The notes under the pieces were generated by a model. The model saw only the letters and a program-made list of their open reading frames with translations. It was not told where the DNA came from and searched no databases. Below, piece after piece: positions 1-12,070 of a DNA stretch of 64,000 bases (position 1 is the stretch's first letter; each line of letters starts with the position of its first letter). Position numbers and translations under genes: made by a program. The DNA lies in NCBI GenBank assembly GCA_019828565.1, contig JAHDYR010000024.1, forward strand, positions 6,434-70,433, in the 5' to 3' direction. Source of the stretch: Carpediemonas membranifera BICM (Eukaryota > Protista > Fornicata).

Positions 1-400
1 GTCAAAATTTTCTGTTTACGCAAAGCAATATAAATATGCCAATTCATCACGTAAAACTTCTGGAGCCGTGTTCAGACAGTCAGAGAACCCACCATACCGC
101 TTTTCAGCCAGAATAGACTCAACCCTAATTTTTGCTTTTACGTATATCTCGGTAAATAGACTCGAACGATATGTAAAAAAATCTTGGATCCGTCCTAACA
201 TATCAAATACTACACATATACCAAGTTTCAGCCAAATCCAAGCCGAGAAGATCACCCCCGTCAAGCCCATGGACAATGGTAGGTCAGCGTGGTTTTGGCG
301 AAAATAACAGTGCATTGCTGTATTCCAAATGTATGACTTATAGTGCAATGCACTGTTATTTTCGCAGAGCCGAACTTGGACGTGGCCAGAAACTGACATC

Positions 401-459
401 GCTGAAAAGCTCAGAGACGTCGTTATATCATCTATAACGGCATCTCTGAGCTTTTAAGC
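401..459. repeat. Long imperfect hairpin
   Basis: Arms 405-427 and 433-455 are reverse complements at 21/23 positions, with a 5-nt loop. Confidence 0.8.
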
Positions 460-1168
460 ACACAGTTCTCATCCTGACGTGGAGATTGATGCTTGATAAA
501 TTGAAGAATCGACTAGGAGAGCTCTACGCTTGCATGCAGCCTTCTATTAGGTTGTTGATGTTGGTTATATGCTTCTTTTTCGTTCTCGATGCGTGTGGAT
601 GAGTATTCTGTTGCAAGATTCATTTTGATGGACTGATGTTGGTTATAGAGGATAAAGGCACCAGAATGGATCATATGCATGCTATAAACCGTTCTGTGCC
701 GTTGGTCGGACGGCTTCAGAAGTCATTGTATAGAAGGAGATCGTTTAATGGTCATCACATACATCATGGTATTGCGGGGAATCATGGTAGTGAGGTGATT
801 CGATTTCGAGACTCGGTGGTGAACTGCGGACAGGAGATGGAGGCGGACTTACAACAGGCGTGGCGGGGGCTGGCGTTGAAGGCGGAGTGGGGGATGGAGA
901 CGGGCACGGAGATGGATACGGCGAGCTGTACGGCATACACCTTACTGGAAGCGGCATCTCCGGCCACTTGACGAACCTGCACCGCCGGGCAGTTAAATCT
1001 TCAGGCCTCTTCTTGTTCCGTTTTAGTTTCGTCATCGCTCTGTGCAGAACAAGACGCAATTTTCGCACAACATTTACGTATTTACCCAGTTATGTGTCGG
1101 TATATGTTCAAACCACGGCCAGGCCCCACCGGGGGTGAGTGTTGGGCATGCGCCGGTGTTCTTAGGAC

Positions 1169-1918
1169 TCATGGTTTCGAGTTCAATGCTACGACCCTTT
1201 CGAATCGCATCTCTAAACTTTTCCTCCAGGACCCCAGTTGGCAGCAGTCGACCATTCTCTTTCGCTGATCTACAGAGAGTAAGACCTGTTCAGTGTCATC
1301 TAACAGAAGCGGACTCGGCTTGGCGACGCATTCATGCACGCGCATGATGACCTTGAGCTTGTCAAGACATTCGGCAGCAGTGGGACGCTTCGTTGGGTCG
1401 AAGTGGAGCATCTGCATTGCCAGGTCGTACATTCCGAGGCAAGTGGGTGGCGTTGTGCCGCGAATCGGTAGTGCAGAGTTCACGTTCACGAAGTTGAGAC
1501 AATCTCTGAGCGGTTCGAGTGTCTTACGTGACAACTGCAACTGCCCACCATAGAAGTGGCACCAGTTCAGCAAGCTACCAAGCTTCAGCATCTTATTCTT
1601 CTTCTTGTTGTCGATCTGCGCCATGTCAGTCACCTTCGCGGCAAAGGGGGACTTGGGGAGACCGTAAAAGAGCAATGACTACACCGCACGAGTAAATGTC
1701 GGAGGCAGGTGTGACGACATGAAGAACAGGCGGGAAGAGCCGATGCAGTCATGCGCGTATGCTTGGAGGTCTCGTATGGCGCTCGTTGACGGCGGAATGA
1801 CCGAACACGAACACACTTTGAACATTTCTGGGGGTAAATACCCATGCGTGCCGCGATATTCGGATGCCGATTTCAGTTCTATGGCCCAGTTCTCGTCGCG
1901 ACAAGCCGGCTTCGTCAT
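1169..1918 (-). pseudogene. Protein kinase C-lobe fragment (paralog of 6075-7327), frameshifted, N-lobe missing
   Basis: RGTHGYLPPE (subdomain VIII), SDIYSCG in another frame (IX), DLAMQMLHFDPTKRPTAAECL (XI). Confidence 0.75.
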
Positions 1919-2026
1919 AGCAGAACTTCTTCATCAACGAAGTCTGTGCAGGATATGATTGAAATGATTGAAAAGAAACAGCCTGACATAAGACCCACCC
2001 AACCTTACATGGGTCATTGAAGGGTT

Positions 2027-2842
2027 GTGTGCCACGCTCTTGGTGCTGTGTCATTGCTGCGTATAAACTGCTGGTATAAACTGCGTAGAATGCAGCAAGA
2101 AAGTGGAACTGTCAACTTTTGCTGCGATTGCTTTCCGGAAGAGCTTGCGCGTCGTGTCTATGCAAATTGGGCGGACATGGGCGAAGCCGCGATGAAGATA
2201 GACGCCTTGCCTTTCGATGATGACCAAATTGTCGAGCTTGACGGCCAATCGCTCATTTCTCTGAAGTGCAGCACATGCATGGTGTCAAAGGGCGATGACA
2301 TGATGTATGGTTTGGTCACGGCTGGCGATGTTGATGAGGGAGAAGTGCTCGGGATTGCCAAGGGTGTTCTTAGCGATCAGCCTTCTCGGATTCAGCTATC
2401 GTCACAGCTGCACCTCATGACTCCTGATGAAGCATGCGTCAACAAGCTTTGCCATCATTCGGCTGCTGGCAACTGCAGGTTTGCCCTATTCAAGGTGGAT
2501 AAGAAGCCGATCTGCTTCTTGGTTGCCACCAGCAAGATCCCAAAGGACAAGGTCATCCTTGAAGGTGGCGGCACTGACGATAATGTCTTTGTCGTGGTTA
2601 AGCATGCGAGGAATCGTGATGTACCGAAGGACGTGAAGCACTCAATTTCTCGCGTGGTCCAGGAGGATGCAGAGAAGGCGAAGAAGTTAGATGTAATGAA
2701 GTCGAAGAAGAAGGCGAAGGCAAAGAAAAAGGAAGCAGACATGACGGAGGAGGAGAAGTACAGATTAGAGCAGAAGAAGCTAAGAAAAAGCATGCGCCAA
2801 TGGGGAGCTGGGAGCCTTCTAAGAAGAAGAAGACGACTGTGA
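2027..2842 (+). CDS. Divergent SET-domain-like protein with Lys-rich C-terminus
   Basis: YGLVTAGDVDEGEVLG ~ GxGLFAxxDIxxGE; HHSAAGNC ~ NHSCxPNC; FLVATSKIP ~ IFAxRDI; terminal ELxxDY missing. Confidence 0.55.
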   Translation: MCHALGAVSLLRINCWYKLRRMQQESGTVNFCCDCFPEELARRVYANWADMGEAAMKIDALPFDDDQIVELDGQSLISLKCSTCMVSKGDDMMYGLVTAGDVDEGEVLGIAKGVLSDQPSRIQLSSQLHLMTPDEACVNKLCHHSAAGNCRFALFKVDKKPICFLVATSKIPKDKVILEGGGTDDNVFVVVKHARNRDVPKDVKHSISRVVQEDAEKAKKLDVMKSKKKAKAKKKEADMTEEEKYRLEQKKLRKSMRQWGAGSLLRRRRRL

Positions 2843-3025
2843 AGAGAAAGGGTACCAAATCGAGGTTGACGAAGAAGGACAAGGTGGCCATGACGCACAA
2901 TGCGAAGACGTTGGACGAGTTCCTTAAACTGTTTTAACCTTTATGTCTCTTCAGCCCGCAGAGACGCCTTCGAATAGTGGGGTTTAGAGGCGCGCTGATC
3001 GAGTCAATGGTCAACAATTGCATCT

Positions 3026-3884
3026 TTACACTGTAGAGAACATACCGAGCTCTCTTAAAAACTGGTAAATCTCAACCTCCATCTCTTGACGAGCAATCTG
3101 CCGTTCTTCAGTCATGGAAAGATGGTTGCGAAGCTTCTTTCTCTCATCAGACGGCATTGTCAGGCAAGCTTCGTCGTAGGTGGCATTGCTCGTGGACAGG
3201 ATAAAGAAATCAGCATTGATCGCTTCAGGGGAGAAGCAGGGAGACAATCTTGTTCCAAGGGAGGTTTGGAAACACCTTCGCCAGGTGTTCGCGCAAGGCA
3301 GCGCGAAGATTGGTCGAGAAAAACTTCTCGTCACTGCGAGGAAGGCAGTACTTGGAGAATTTCTTCGTATCCTTCAGCTTCAGGAACCGACGCTGTTCTT
3401 CAGGATCCAGGCGAGCATGTGGCACATCTGGCGTTGCGTCAAGAGCAACCGCTAAGGTGTCAAGCAGTGTCTTCATATCTTCTGTCGCAGCAGTCTCAGG
3501 GTCAACGCTGCGGAAGGCATGCAGCGCTGATTGGTAAGCAGCTTCTGCCCGCGCTGCCACCTCGTCCTTCCTCGATGGGTTCATGTGGACAGACTCGGAC
3601 TCAGTGTTGAATGCAAGTCGGAAACCAGCTCGTGTTGAATTCTTGACCATCTGCTTGAAGTTGTGCGCCTCCGTCTTCTTGATGCACGACAGAATAGTTT
3701 CTTGGATATCAGCATCAGCCTTTTGCAGGACTGCCGTGCAATTCTCCAACGCGGCCTGAGACAACGGCTTGTAGGTGCGGTACGACGAAGTATTCGCTCT
3801 CCGCGCAGCTATCGCTGCTAACTGCTTGCGAGGCGCCTTTCCACCTTGCGTAGGCCGGCGAGCCGTTTGCTTTGTTCTAGCCAT
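3026..3884 (-). CDS. Protein with a histone H3 N-terminal tail fused to a non-histone body (probable frameshift near 3240)
   Basis: MARTKQTARRPTQGGKAPRKQLAAIAARRA; no recognisable histone fold; a 1-nt indel joins it to ORF 3026-3334. Confidence 0.8.
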
Positions 3885-3946
3885 CGTCTTCTGAATGCAG
3901 AATTATATGCAATACATTTCTCACATAAAGCTGCTTTTAAAGTGCG

Positions 3947-5627
3947 ATGCCATTTTCTCACCCTCAATTTGGCATTGGCGTCATGAACGACGATCAGACA
4001 TTTTTCAATGCAATGGGGTGGAGAAATCGATATCTGGATGGATCAAAGCTGTTTGAATGTGTCTGTGGGGACATCAGTAGCGAAACACGCAACGTCGGTT
4101 TTCCCTCGCCATCCCGACGTCACAAGTGCACCCGTACTGCACTGGCGCTGAAGAATACACGTGTCCTCATCGTGTTCGAGCCAACCTATGGGTTCGTTGC
4201 TGGAGATAGCAGGCAGTTTTCGATTGATGAATCTGTCTCCATTGGAGGGCACGCAGAACGCATTCGTCAGATCTTTGCGGCAATGCATAGCGAGTATACG
4301 GTTATCGAGACGGCCCAGTTCGAGAACGAGGACGATTTTGAGGCGAAAATCAAGGAATTCGGCAAGCTGTATGGTGACTATGAGACTTTTTTTCATTATC
4401 ACTGGTCACTCGGACTCTGATGGTCGGTTTGTGGTCGATGCCCGCACGATACCAGCCATCTGGACAACTGCCTTCGACTTCATCGAGGCAATTCTGAAGA
4501 ATTATGAGAGTCATGTCTGCAAGTTCGCCCGAATCATGGGTGTGTATATTGCCGCCTGCCAGTCTTCCGCCCGTGACCCACGGCCGATCTTTCAGTTGTA
4601 TTCTGGCAAGTTCAAGTTCACAATGCAACGGTGTGTGGTGCTTTTGACACCAGATGAGCTACCCGCCGTCGAACTTGCCGCCCATGACGCCACGTGGCTC
4701 ATCAGAATCATGACTCAGCCAGATCACCTCCATGAGATCGCGCAATTCTGGTTCTGGATGTCCAAGCTCTCGTACATGAAGCGAAGAGTCATTATCGCAA
4801 GACCTGACGGTTGTGCAAAAGCGAAGATCGTATCGGAGGAAGACGCAAGACTCCCGCCGCGTTGTTATCCTTTGCTTAACAAGGTTTACCGGCCTGCGTA
4901 CCCGAACTTCGATTCCACTGCTAAGATCGTCGACTTTCGCTCTCTGCTCTTGATCAAGTCTGAACACGAGTCATCTGTGGCCATTGAGTCTCACATCAAC
5001 AATATGATTGAGAAGAAAGAGATTCCAATCGGCACCAGCGGTCAGCCACAGTCCTTCGTTGAGGAAATTGTGAATGGGTTGAAGTCATGGAGGAAATACT
5101 CGACACACCGTGATGGCAGCTGTGTTGCGCACTGCTGTTGCATGATTAGGGACGGCCATTTCCGGGATATGACCACCCTGACCCACAGAACAGATCTTGA
5201 GGCAGCCATGGCTTTGCGTGCCGAGCTGGTGGAAAGCCGGGTGAAGCGGACGGCTCTGACGGAGGATTCCGCTAAGGCAGAACTGTTTTCCAAGATGGGC
5301 TGGCTTACCGATGATGCTGTGCGAGAGTTTTCCATGATCTACATGCGTAATGTCATCATGGTGTGCAACAACGGTAATAATTCTACAGTGATATTGTTCA
5401 CACATGGTCACCAGTTTTGGGGTTTGTACCCTTCTGGCGACTCAGCTGCTGATCGTTGTGAGAATTTCCAGGTGTTCTGTTCCAGACATGGCATTACCCA
5501 CTTTATTCTGCTCCAGGACGACCATGCGGAACTTGTCAGTCTCCCAGAGGGTATCAAAAGAAAAGCGCAAATACAGGAAGGCGCTCCGTCATCCACAAGT
5601 AGACAAAAAGATGATGAGAGTGATTAA
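3947..5627 (+). CDS. Caspase/CHAT-like peptidase domain plus C-terminal OTU-like domain (T7 frameshift at 4386-4392)
   Basis: Removing one T gives ETFFIITGHSDSDG; YIAACQS; C-terminal DGSCVAHC...GWLTD...LLQDDHAEL. Confidence 0.55.
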
Positions 5628-6074
5628 CAGTAAGTACAAGATAGAAGCAAAGAAAGTAGTGTAAAGATCATTCTGGAAGCGCCTTCCACATATTCCTCAG
5701 CGGCCGCCAGCTGCTTTTTGCCGGTAGAGTTCCAGGCCATATCGTCCGGTCGGGTCTTCTGCCTGGGTACTACAGGAACGAACACTGTATCACAGCCACC
5801 CCACTCCAGTTCGATTCGAGCGTCTACTGGACTGATTTTTCGGTTTTAGTGTAAACAACTGGGTATTGTCTATAAAGCCAGCGCAAGGCTGCAGCACGGG
5901 AAACAAGCTCAGTCCGGGGTCAGAATCCAAGCACCATAAATTTCTTTTCTTTCTTTCTTTCTTTTCAAGGCTGCAGCATATCTCCTTTATATCTGGTCGA
6001 GTATGCGGCCTCATCTCTTCTTTGAAGGTGAATGCGATCATCCCATGGTAGTGAGGTGATTCGATACTGGGCGG

Positions 6075-7327
6075 TTACATATCAATAATCAATGATAGAT
6101 CACGATGAACCCTCCAAACTCGTCCTCTTCTCTTTGTGTGGGGGTTCATGATGCTTCTGTAATCTTGGTGGTGTGTCTTGCAAGTTATTGTTCGATTATC
6201 GTGAACCGGCATGCCACATGCAATGCATCGGCCAGCAAATCGGGTTTCTCGAAGTGCTTCAACGGTGAGTTTGGCGGCAGCGAGCGTTTCCTGAGAGATT
6301 GTCACCTGGTCGTTGATCATCAGTGGTGTTGATGCGAACGTTGCTGCTAGGGCGGCGATATCGTTGAGATGTTCAGCGCACATCAAAGCTGTTGGTCTAT
6401 CCTCCGGATTATAGCTGAGCATCCCCATTGCAAGGTCATAAAGGCTCCTATACTGTGTCGGAGGGCTTCCTCTCGTGCAGAGAGTCGGATTGATCATCAA
6501 ACCACGGGCTGCATTCTTCTTCTTGCTGTGTATCGTGATTTCGCGGCCGTAGAAGTACGCCATGTTATATAGAGCGCCAATATGCTCGTCTGGGTTACTT
6601 GGCTTGCCACCATCCACTCTCACAGATCGAAATGGAGACTTATCCAGTCGCAATGCCATCATGAGGACGATAACGCCGCAGGAAAAGATGTCGTATGCCG
6701 CATCAACTGTGTGCATGTTGGTGTTTCTGGTTGTGGTGTTCCTGGAAGCCTGGAAGGGGTTCAAATTCTGTGGTTCCCGCATAGCTACTGTACAATGCTT
6801 CGATTTCCGACTGAGTTCGTCGGCACGAAGCTCGGGGGGATAAAACCAGGTGTCCCTCTCATGTCTTGTCCCATATACCTGTTAATCCCAGTAGGAGCCT
6901 CTATTTTGATGGCAGAGCCGAAGTCAATGAGTAATCCACCGTCTTCTCGGTTGAAAAGGTAGTTGTCGGGCTTGATGTCGCCGTGGATGAATCCATTCTC
7001 ATGCACATGGCTGAGAGCTAACAGTAAGTGCCGCAAGTAGCGACATTGATCCGGTACTGGTAGTGCCAGAACGTCTCGCCACGACATATGGTCAACAAAG
7101 CGAGTGGCAAACGCTTGATCGCTGTCAACAAAGCCCACATCGACGATTGTAACAATAAATGGGCTTTTCATTGCCTGAAGTATCGTCTTTTCGTGTGTCA
7201 GGCGAAGTGTCATACAGTTATCGACCTTGACGACAGTTTTGACCCCGCTAATGTCGGCAATGTACGTATTACTGTAGTTAGTCTTGTGTAGTTGCGTCAA
7301 ATCGGCAGCGGAGAGCTTAAAGACCAT
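6075..7327 (-). CDS. Cdc7-like Ser/Thr kinase (C-run frameshift near 6834-6839)
   Basis: VVK; YLRHLLLALSHVHENGFIHGDIKPDNYLFN; LIDFG; RGTPGFIPP(E); DIFSCG; one added C joins ORFs 6785-7348 and 6075-6782. Confidence 0.75.
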
Positions 7328-7825
7328 TTCCACAGACGTCTGTTGCAAAAATGACTTTAAAGTGCGTTTTTGGCAGATTTTGCAACAGACGTCTGTTGAA
7401 ATTGGTTTTGAGTACGAATTGTGAAATTTTGAGTCTATCTGCTGAATCAGGAGGCCATTTTGAGTAATCTAAGACTCACCTCGAACATGTGTCAAATCTG
7501 GCAAATCAGAAGTCAATAAAAAAAGGGCAGAGAGGAGGAAGCGACCCATAAGGCGTACTTATGGACCATTTCCTCCCCCCAGCCCGATTTTTGAGTCTGA
7601 ACTCCCAAGGAATAATTGTCCCTATGTTACTTTTTTCTAGCAGGATTTAAAGCTCAAAACTACGCATGAGTAGTCCTCATGTGTAGGCATGTATTCAACC
7701 TCATTTATAGATTATGAATACAGCTCGTTGTTGATTTTTTTTTCTTACCGAGTCGAAATGCTAGGGGAAAGCCCGAGGAAATTCCCCTACCCAATAAGGG
7801 AAATTCCTGAACCCTGGACAGTATG

Positions 7826-8757
7826 AAATCATCCTTTAGTGACGGGCATTCTCCTCTGCATTGCCGAGAAAAAGAGTTGATGTTGATTAGATGGTGACGA
7901 ATGCATTACCGGACATTTGACGCGCACAACCTGCTTAATACTGCATAAAAGCATCGCTGATCGCTTTCTCTTCTGTTCTTCAACGCCCAAGGAGCGGCTT
8001 CCAGGTCGGCAACCGTTGCCGACCTGGACCCGTGCAGTTTATGCTTTTTCGGCCAACCGACGAAGTCAAGCTTGGCCAAGACACATACTGTGTACAAGGA
8101 CCCTGGCAGGCTAGTTACGCCGCTCAGCCTCTGCATCCAGTTGATAATCACTCGCCATTTACTTCTGGTGCTTTTCCTGCTCTCTCTTCTCCATCACGTC
8201 GTCATACTCGGCCCTCGTCAGCCTCACAGTTGTCATCCCGGCATCACGGATGTGCTCAAAGGCCTCAACGGGCAGCTTCGGCATCCCGTCCTCGCTGTCG
8301 CTGCTGCTGCCCAAGTCTGACTCGCTCTCGTGATAGCGGCGAAGGCGAATGCGTCTGCTGGGCACCCTGGTCTTCATAGAGTCATAGATCGGAGCGAGCC
8401 CACTTCCATTGGCCCCGCTACGGACACCCTCATCGGTATCTCTCTCAGACATATCACACTCAACCTGTTGTGACTGAAGAAATGACAGGTTGTCGACGAG
8501 GCTATCCTCGGCATCGCTGTCTGAACTCTCCTCATCCTCCCACTCTCCTTCCAGCATCTCCAACCCGGCCTCATCGTCAAACTCGCCCTCCACTGCGGTC
8601 TCCGGCATCTCTGCCTCGCCAGCTGTCTCGTCAAACAGCGCCTCATCGTCAGACTCACCCTCCCCCGTGTCGACCCCCATCGGGATTACGCTGGTCGTGG
8701 AGCTGGACCATCCTCATCCTGAGCTTTTTGTAAAGCCACCAGGTCGGCAGAGCTTAA
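7826..8757 (-). repeat. Inverted segmental duplicate of 15932-16880 (partial gene copy)
   Basis: ORFs 8159-8680 and 7906-8151 are near-identical to the 3' part of 15129-16547 and to 16555-16800. Confidence 0.9.
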
Positions 8758-8820
8758 GGTAATCCTGGCGCCCTCATCCTGGCGCCTCATCCCTGGCGCC
8801 GTCATCCCTGGCGTCCTCTC

Positions 8821-9224
8821 CCTCATAAATCTGAATCATCTTCTTGTCTTGCTCCCGATGTTGTCATTGCTGTTTTCGTGTCCACAAGCATTCCAGTCTC
8901 ATTATAATGTTTATTCAGTACCAAATCATCCTTTAGTGACGGGCATTCTCCTCTGCATTGCCGAGAAAAAGAGTTGATGTTGATTAGATGGTGACGAATG
9001 CATTACCGGACATTTGACGCGCACAACCTGCTTAATACTGCATAAAAGCATCGCTGATCGCTTTCTCTTCTGTTCTTCAACGCCCAAGGAGCGGCTTCCA
9101 GGTCGGCAACCGTTGCCGACCTGGACCCGTGCAGTTTATGCTTTTTCGGCCAACCGACGAAGTCAAGCTTGGCCAAGACACATACTGCGTACAAGGACCC
9201 TGGCAGGCTAGTTACGCTGCTCAG
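8821..9224. repeat. Further copy of the duplicated unit; 8821-9141 recurs at 11566-11887
   Basis: Direct sequence identity, including the 29-bp palindrome. Confidence 0.9.
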
Positions 9225-9227
9225 ACT

Positions 9228-10115
9228 ATGTCTAGAGACGTTCGGCTGGGCTCTGCACGGATGGAAATGAACACTATCACGTCAAGCACCCAACAGCAAG
9301 AGACAACGGCTTTTAAGGAAGCTTTTGAGCTCTTTATGGACAAGTACTCGCTATTCACAATCAGTAGGCTTAACGAGGGCGAGAATAACGGTAACACAGC
9401 CAAAATCAGGGCCGATGTCCGCAGCTCGTTCTTTTCCGCTTGGCTATGCACTCAGTGTGGCAGTAAGTGGATGATGGAGAGAACGAACAGCCTTCTTGTG
9501 TCGTTCTCGGGCTCTGTGGCAGTCGACATTCAGACGACAGTCTTCGCAGGTTTCGGTGCTGGTGATCCGTCGTCAATGTCGATCGACACCACCCTCGCAC
9601 TGCTCAAAGACGTGCAGGACTTGGTTGTTTGGTGTGACATTGCTGCTAAGGTGAGGCGCATGAGACTACCGAGCGACAAGGTCAGGAAGGCGTGCATTAC
9701 CATCGCACCGACGAGTGTGGCCAAGAGGGCTTACGCAATCGTCAGCCATCCTACTGCTTTCACGGTCTGGTGGGAGCACTATGCCCTTCGCAAGATTTCT
9801 CCTGAAGTCTTCAAGGACTTTATTGACTGGGCCAACTTTACGAGCACAGCCGATCTCGTCACTGGAGAGGTGACTGCTGTTCAGCTCACTGACACTGTGA
9901 TGCACTATGCCATAGACTCTATCTCCAAGTTTGAGTCCGGCTATCACCTCACCAAGTGGGAGGAGCCGTGGGTGACCAGAACTTGGCAGAAACCGTGCGA
10001 GGCGACTGCAGACGCCAAACAAAAACAATCTGGTCGAAAACAAAACTACTCGCAGCTGGTATTGTCCGCAGCCTTCGCCTCAGGCTCGAAAGCTGTTGGA
10101 GCAGTTTACCCGTAG
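9228..10115 (+). CDS. Hypothetical protein
   Basis: ~295-codon ORF; no motif recognised. Confidence 0.5.
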   Translation: MSRDVRLGSARMEMNTITSSTQQQETTAFKEAFELFMDKYSLFTISRLNEGENNGNTAKIRADVRSSFFSAWLCTQCGSKWMMERTNSLLVSFSGSVAVDIQTTVFAGFGAGDPSSMSIDTTLALLKDVQDLVVWCDIAAKVRRMRLPSDKVRKACITIAPTSVAKRAYAIVSHPTAFTVWWEHYALRKISPEVFKDFIDWANFTSTADLVTGEVTAVQLTDTVMHYAIDSISKFESGYHLTKWEEPWVTRTWQKPCEATADAKQKQSGRKQNYSQLVLSAAFASGSKAVGAVYP

Positions 10116-10164
10116 CTCCTTTACTCGGTTTGGTAAGTAACACTGATAAATCAATGGATATAGT

Positions 10165-11439
10165 TTACTCGTCAGGCTCTTCGACCTGAGGAACTGCCCC
10201 AGTTGAGACAACTTCCTCATCAGCTGTTCCAATCGCCTTATAAATGACAACTCTTCTGTCATCGCCCTCAAACTTCTTCTGGATGAGCGTGGTGAGGGAC
10301 GAGTCATCCTCGGCAGGGGTGTCAAGCAAAAGATTCTTCAGACCAACATCCATGACAACGTTGGTGTAAGCGATGGTGTCAGGCAGACAGTGGCTCGAGA
10401 GCAGGTCCCAGAAGAGATTGGGGAAGAGAATCATGTATCTCACCACGAGAATATAGTGTCGCGTGACGGTCCCAGGGTCGATGAACAACATCGTTGCCAT
10501 GGAGTCACAAATCGACTTGACCATGCCGGCGTACGTCGCCCTGTAATTCCACACCTTCCGAGTTCCATCGATAAGTTCTCTGGTGGGTCGCATCAAGGCC
10601 TCGCTAACCCTAGCCTGCAGTACCTCCAGCTGCTCGGTCGGGACGATGCAGTCGTCGATGGCCACACCGTCATTCTCCAGCTCATTGTAGAGCTCCATCT
10701 GATATGCCACCCATGCGATGTTGCAGATGCGCTCGACACTCTGGACCCTCTCATTCCGAATGACCGACTTCAGGTCTGACTTGGATATAAACTTCAGCTC
10801 CCTGGCGCCGGCTGCCTCAAGCTTGGTGGAACTAGCCCACGAGCTTAGGAACTGCTCCACATCAATCTCACTGGTAAGGAAAGGAAGCTTGCGCTTCGGC
10901 GCCTTGGCGCGGGCAGTGGGAGTTATGGCGGATGCGGATGCACCAGTGTCGGCGATGGCCACAGACGAGCTACCAACAGAGCCAGAAGAAGCTGACTCGG
11001 CGAGGGACATGGAAGGGACAGCCGAGCGGGTGCCAGAGCACGGGTCATCCGCTGAAAGCTGTCTGGCAGCAGAACCGGTGGGAGATGGGCCGGCGAGGGA
11101 TGTAGCGGCGTCGCCAGCTGCGCGCCTGGCTGCGCGCAGGGCTCGGTCTGAAGGCTTGGCAGGATAATCGACTTGCTCTGCGCAATCGGCGGAGCGAACG
11201 CGCTTCTCAGCAGGTTGCGGAGCTGCCTTGCGCACAATGGGCTCATCGCGTTCCTCGAACACGTTAGAGGCTGGAGCAAGCTCAAGAGCGGCGAGAAAGA
11301 GCTCCTCGGCACGTCCACGGGCGGAATCGTTGAAACGGTTGACAACGAGGACCGATTTCTCAGATAACTTGTCCCGTCGCATACGATAGGACGTACCAGT
11401 GAGGCAGTGAAGCTCCTGAAGCATGTAATTGCTTTCCAT
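10165..11439 (-). CDS. Hypothetical protein with a Ser/Ala-rich linker
   Basis: 424-aa ORF; no motif recognised. Confidence 0.6.
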   Translation of the reverse strand: MESNYMLQELHCLTGTSYRMRRDKLSEKSVLVVNRFNDSARGRAEELFLAALELAPASNVFEERDEPIVRKAAPQPAEKRVRSADCAEQVDYPAKPSDRALRAARRAAGDAATSLAGPSPTGSAARQLSADDPCSGTRSAVPSMSLAESASSGSVGSSSVAIADTGASASAITPTARAKAPKRKLPFLTSEIDVEQFLSSWASSTKLEAAGARELKFISKSDLKSVIRNERVQSVERICNIAWVAYQMELYNELENDGVAIDDCIVPTEQLEVLQARVSEALMRPTRELIDGTRKVWNYRATYAGMVKSICDSMATMLFIDPGTVTRHYILVVRYMILFPNLFWDLLSSHCLPDTIAYTNVVMDVGLKNLLLDTPAEDDSSLTTLIQKKFEGDDRRVVIYKAIGTADEEVVSTGAVPQVEEPDE

Positions 11440-11565
11440 GTCGATTCCAGTAATGCGCGAAGAACAAGAACCTTGGGAACAACCATGGGAGCACCAGACG
11501 TACTGTTTACGAAGGAAGATGGCAGGCCAGGGTCCCCGGTCGATTCACCATGGCCTCTTCAGCGT

Positions 11566-11887
11566 CCTCATAAATCTGAATCATCTTCTTGTCTTGCTCC
11601 CGATGTTGTCATTGCTGTTTTCGTGTCCACAAGCATTCCAGTCTCATTATAATGTTTATTCAGTACCAAATCATCCTTTAGTGACGGGCATTCTCCTCTG
11701 CATTGCCGAGAAAAAGAGTTGATGTTGATTAGATGGTGACGAATGCATTACCGGACATTTGACGCGCACAACCTGCTTAATACTGCATAAAAGCATCGCT
11801 GATCGCTTTCTCTTCTGTTCTTCAACGCCCAAGGAGCGGCTTCCAGGTCGGCAACGGTTGCCGACCTGGACCCGTGCAGTTTATGCT
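11566..11887. repeat. Third direct copy of the duplicated unit
   Basis: Matches 8821-9141; central base of the palindrome differs. Confidence 0.9.
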
Positions 11888-12070
11888 CGCAACCAAAGTT
11901 GGTCACAGTTTCAATGATACGTGTTAACAATGCAACATAGACGGGTAAACACTGGTGTGAACTAATATATCCTCGCTAATTCACGTGACGTGAGTGATGT
12001 TGCACTTGTGACTATGAACAGACTCCTAGTTAATAGTACCGATCAAATTACCGAATACTTCATGTCATAT

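Noticed and set aside
16-1138. Short ORFs at the window start (also 21295-22565 and 60451-61000)
   Set aside because: No motifs or coding evidence, apart from a possible kinase tail at 745-1068
3225-3884. Canonical histone H3 or CenH3
   Set aside because: No histone-fold sequence follows the tail
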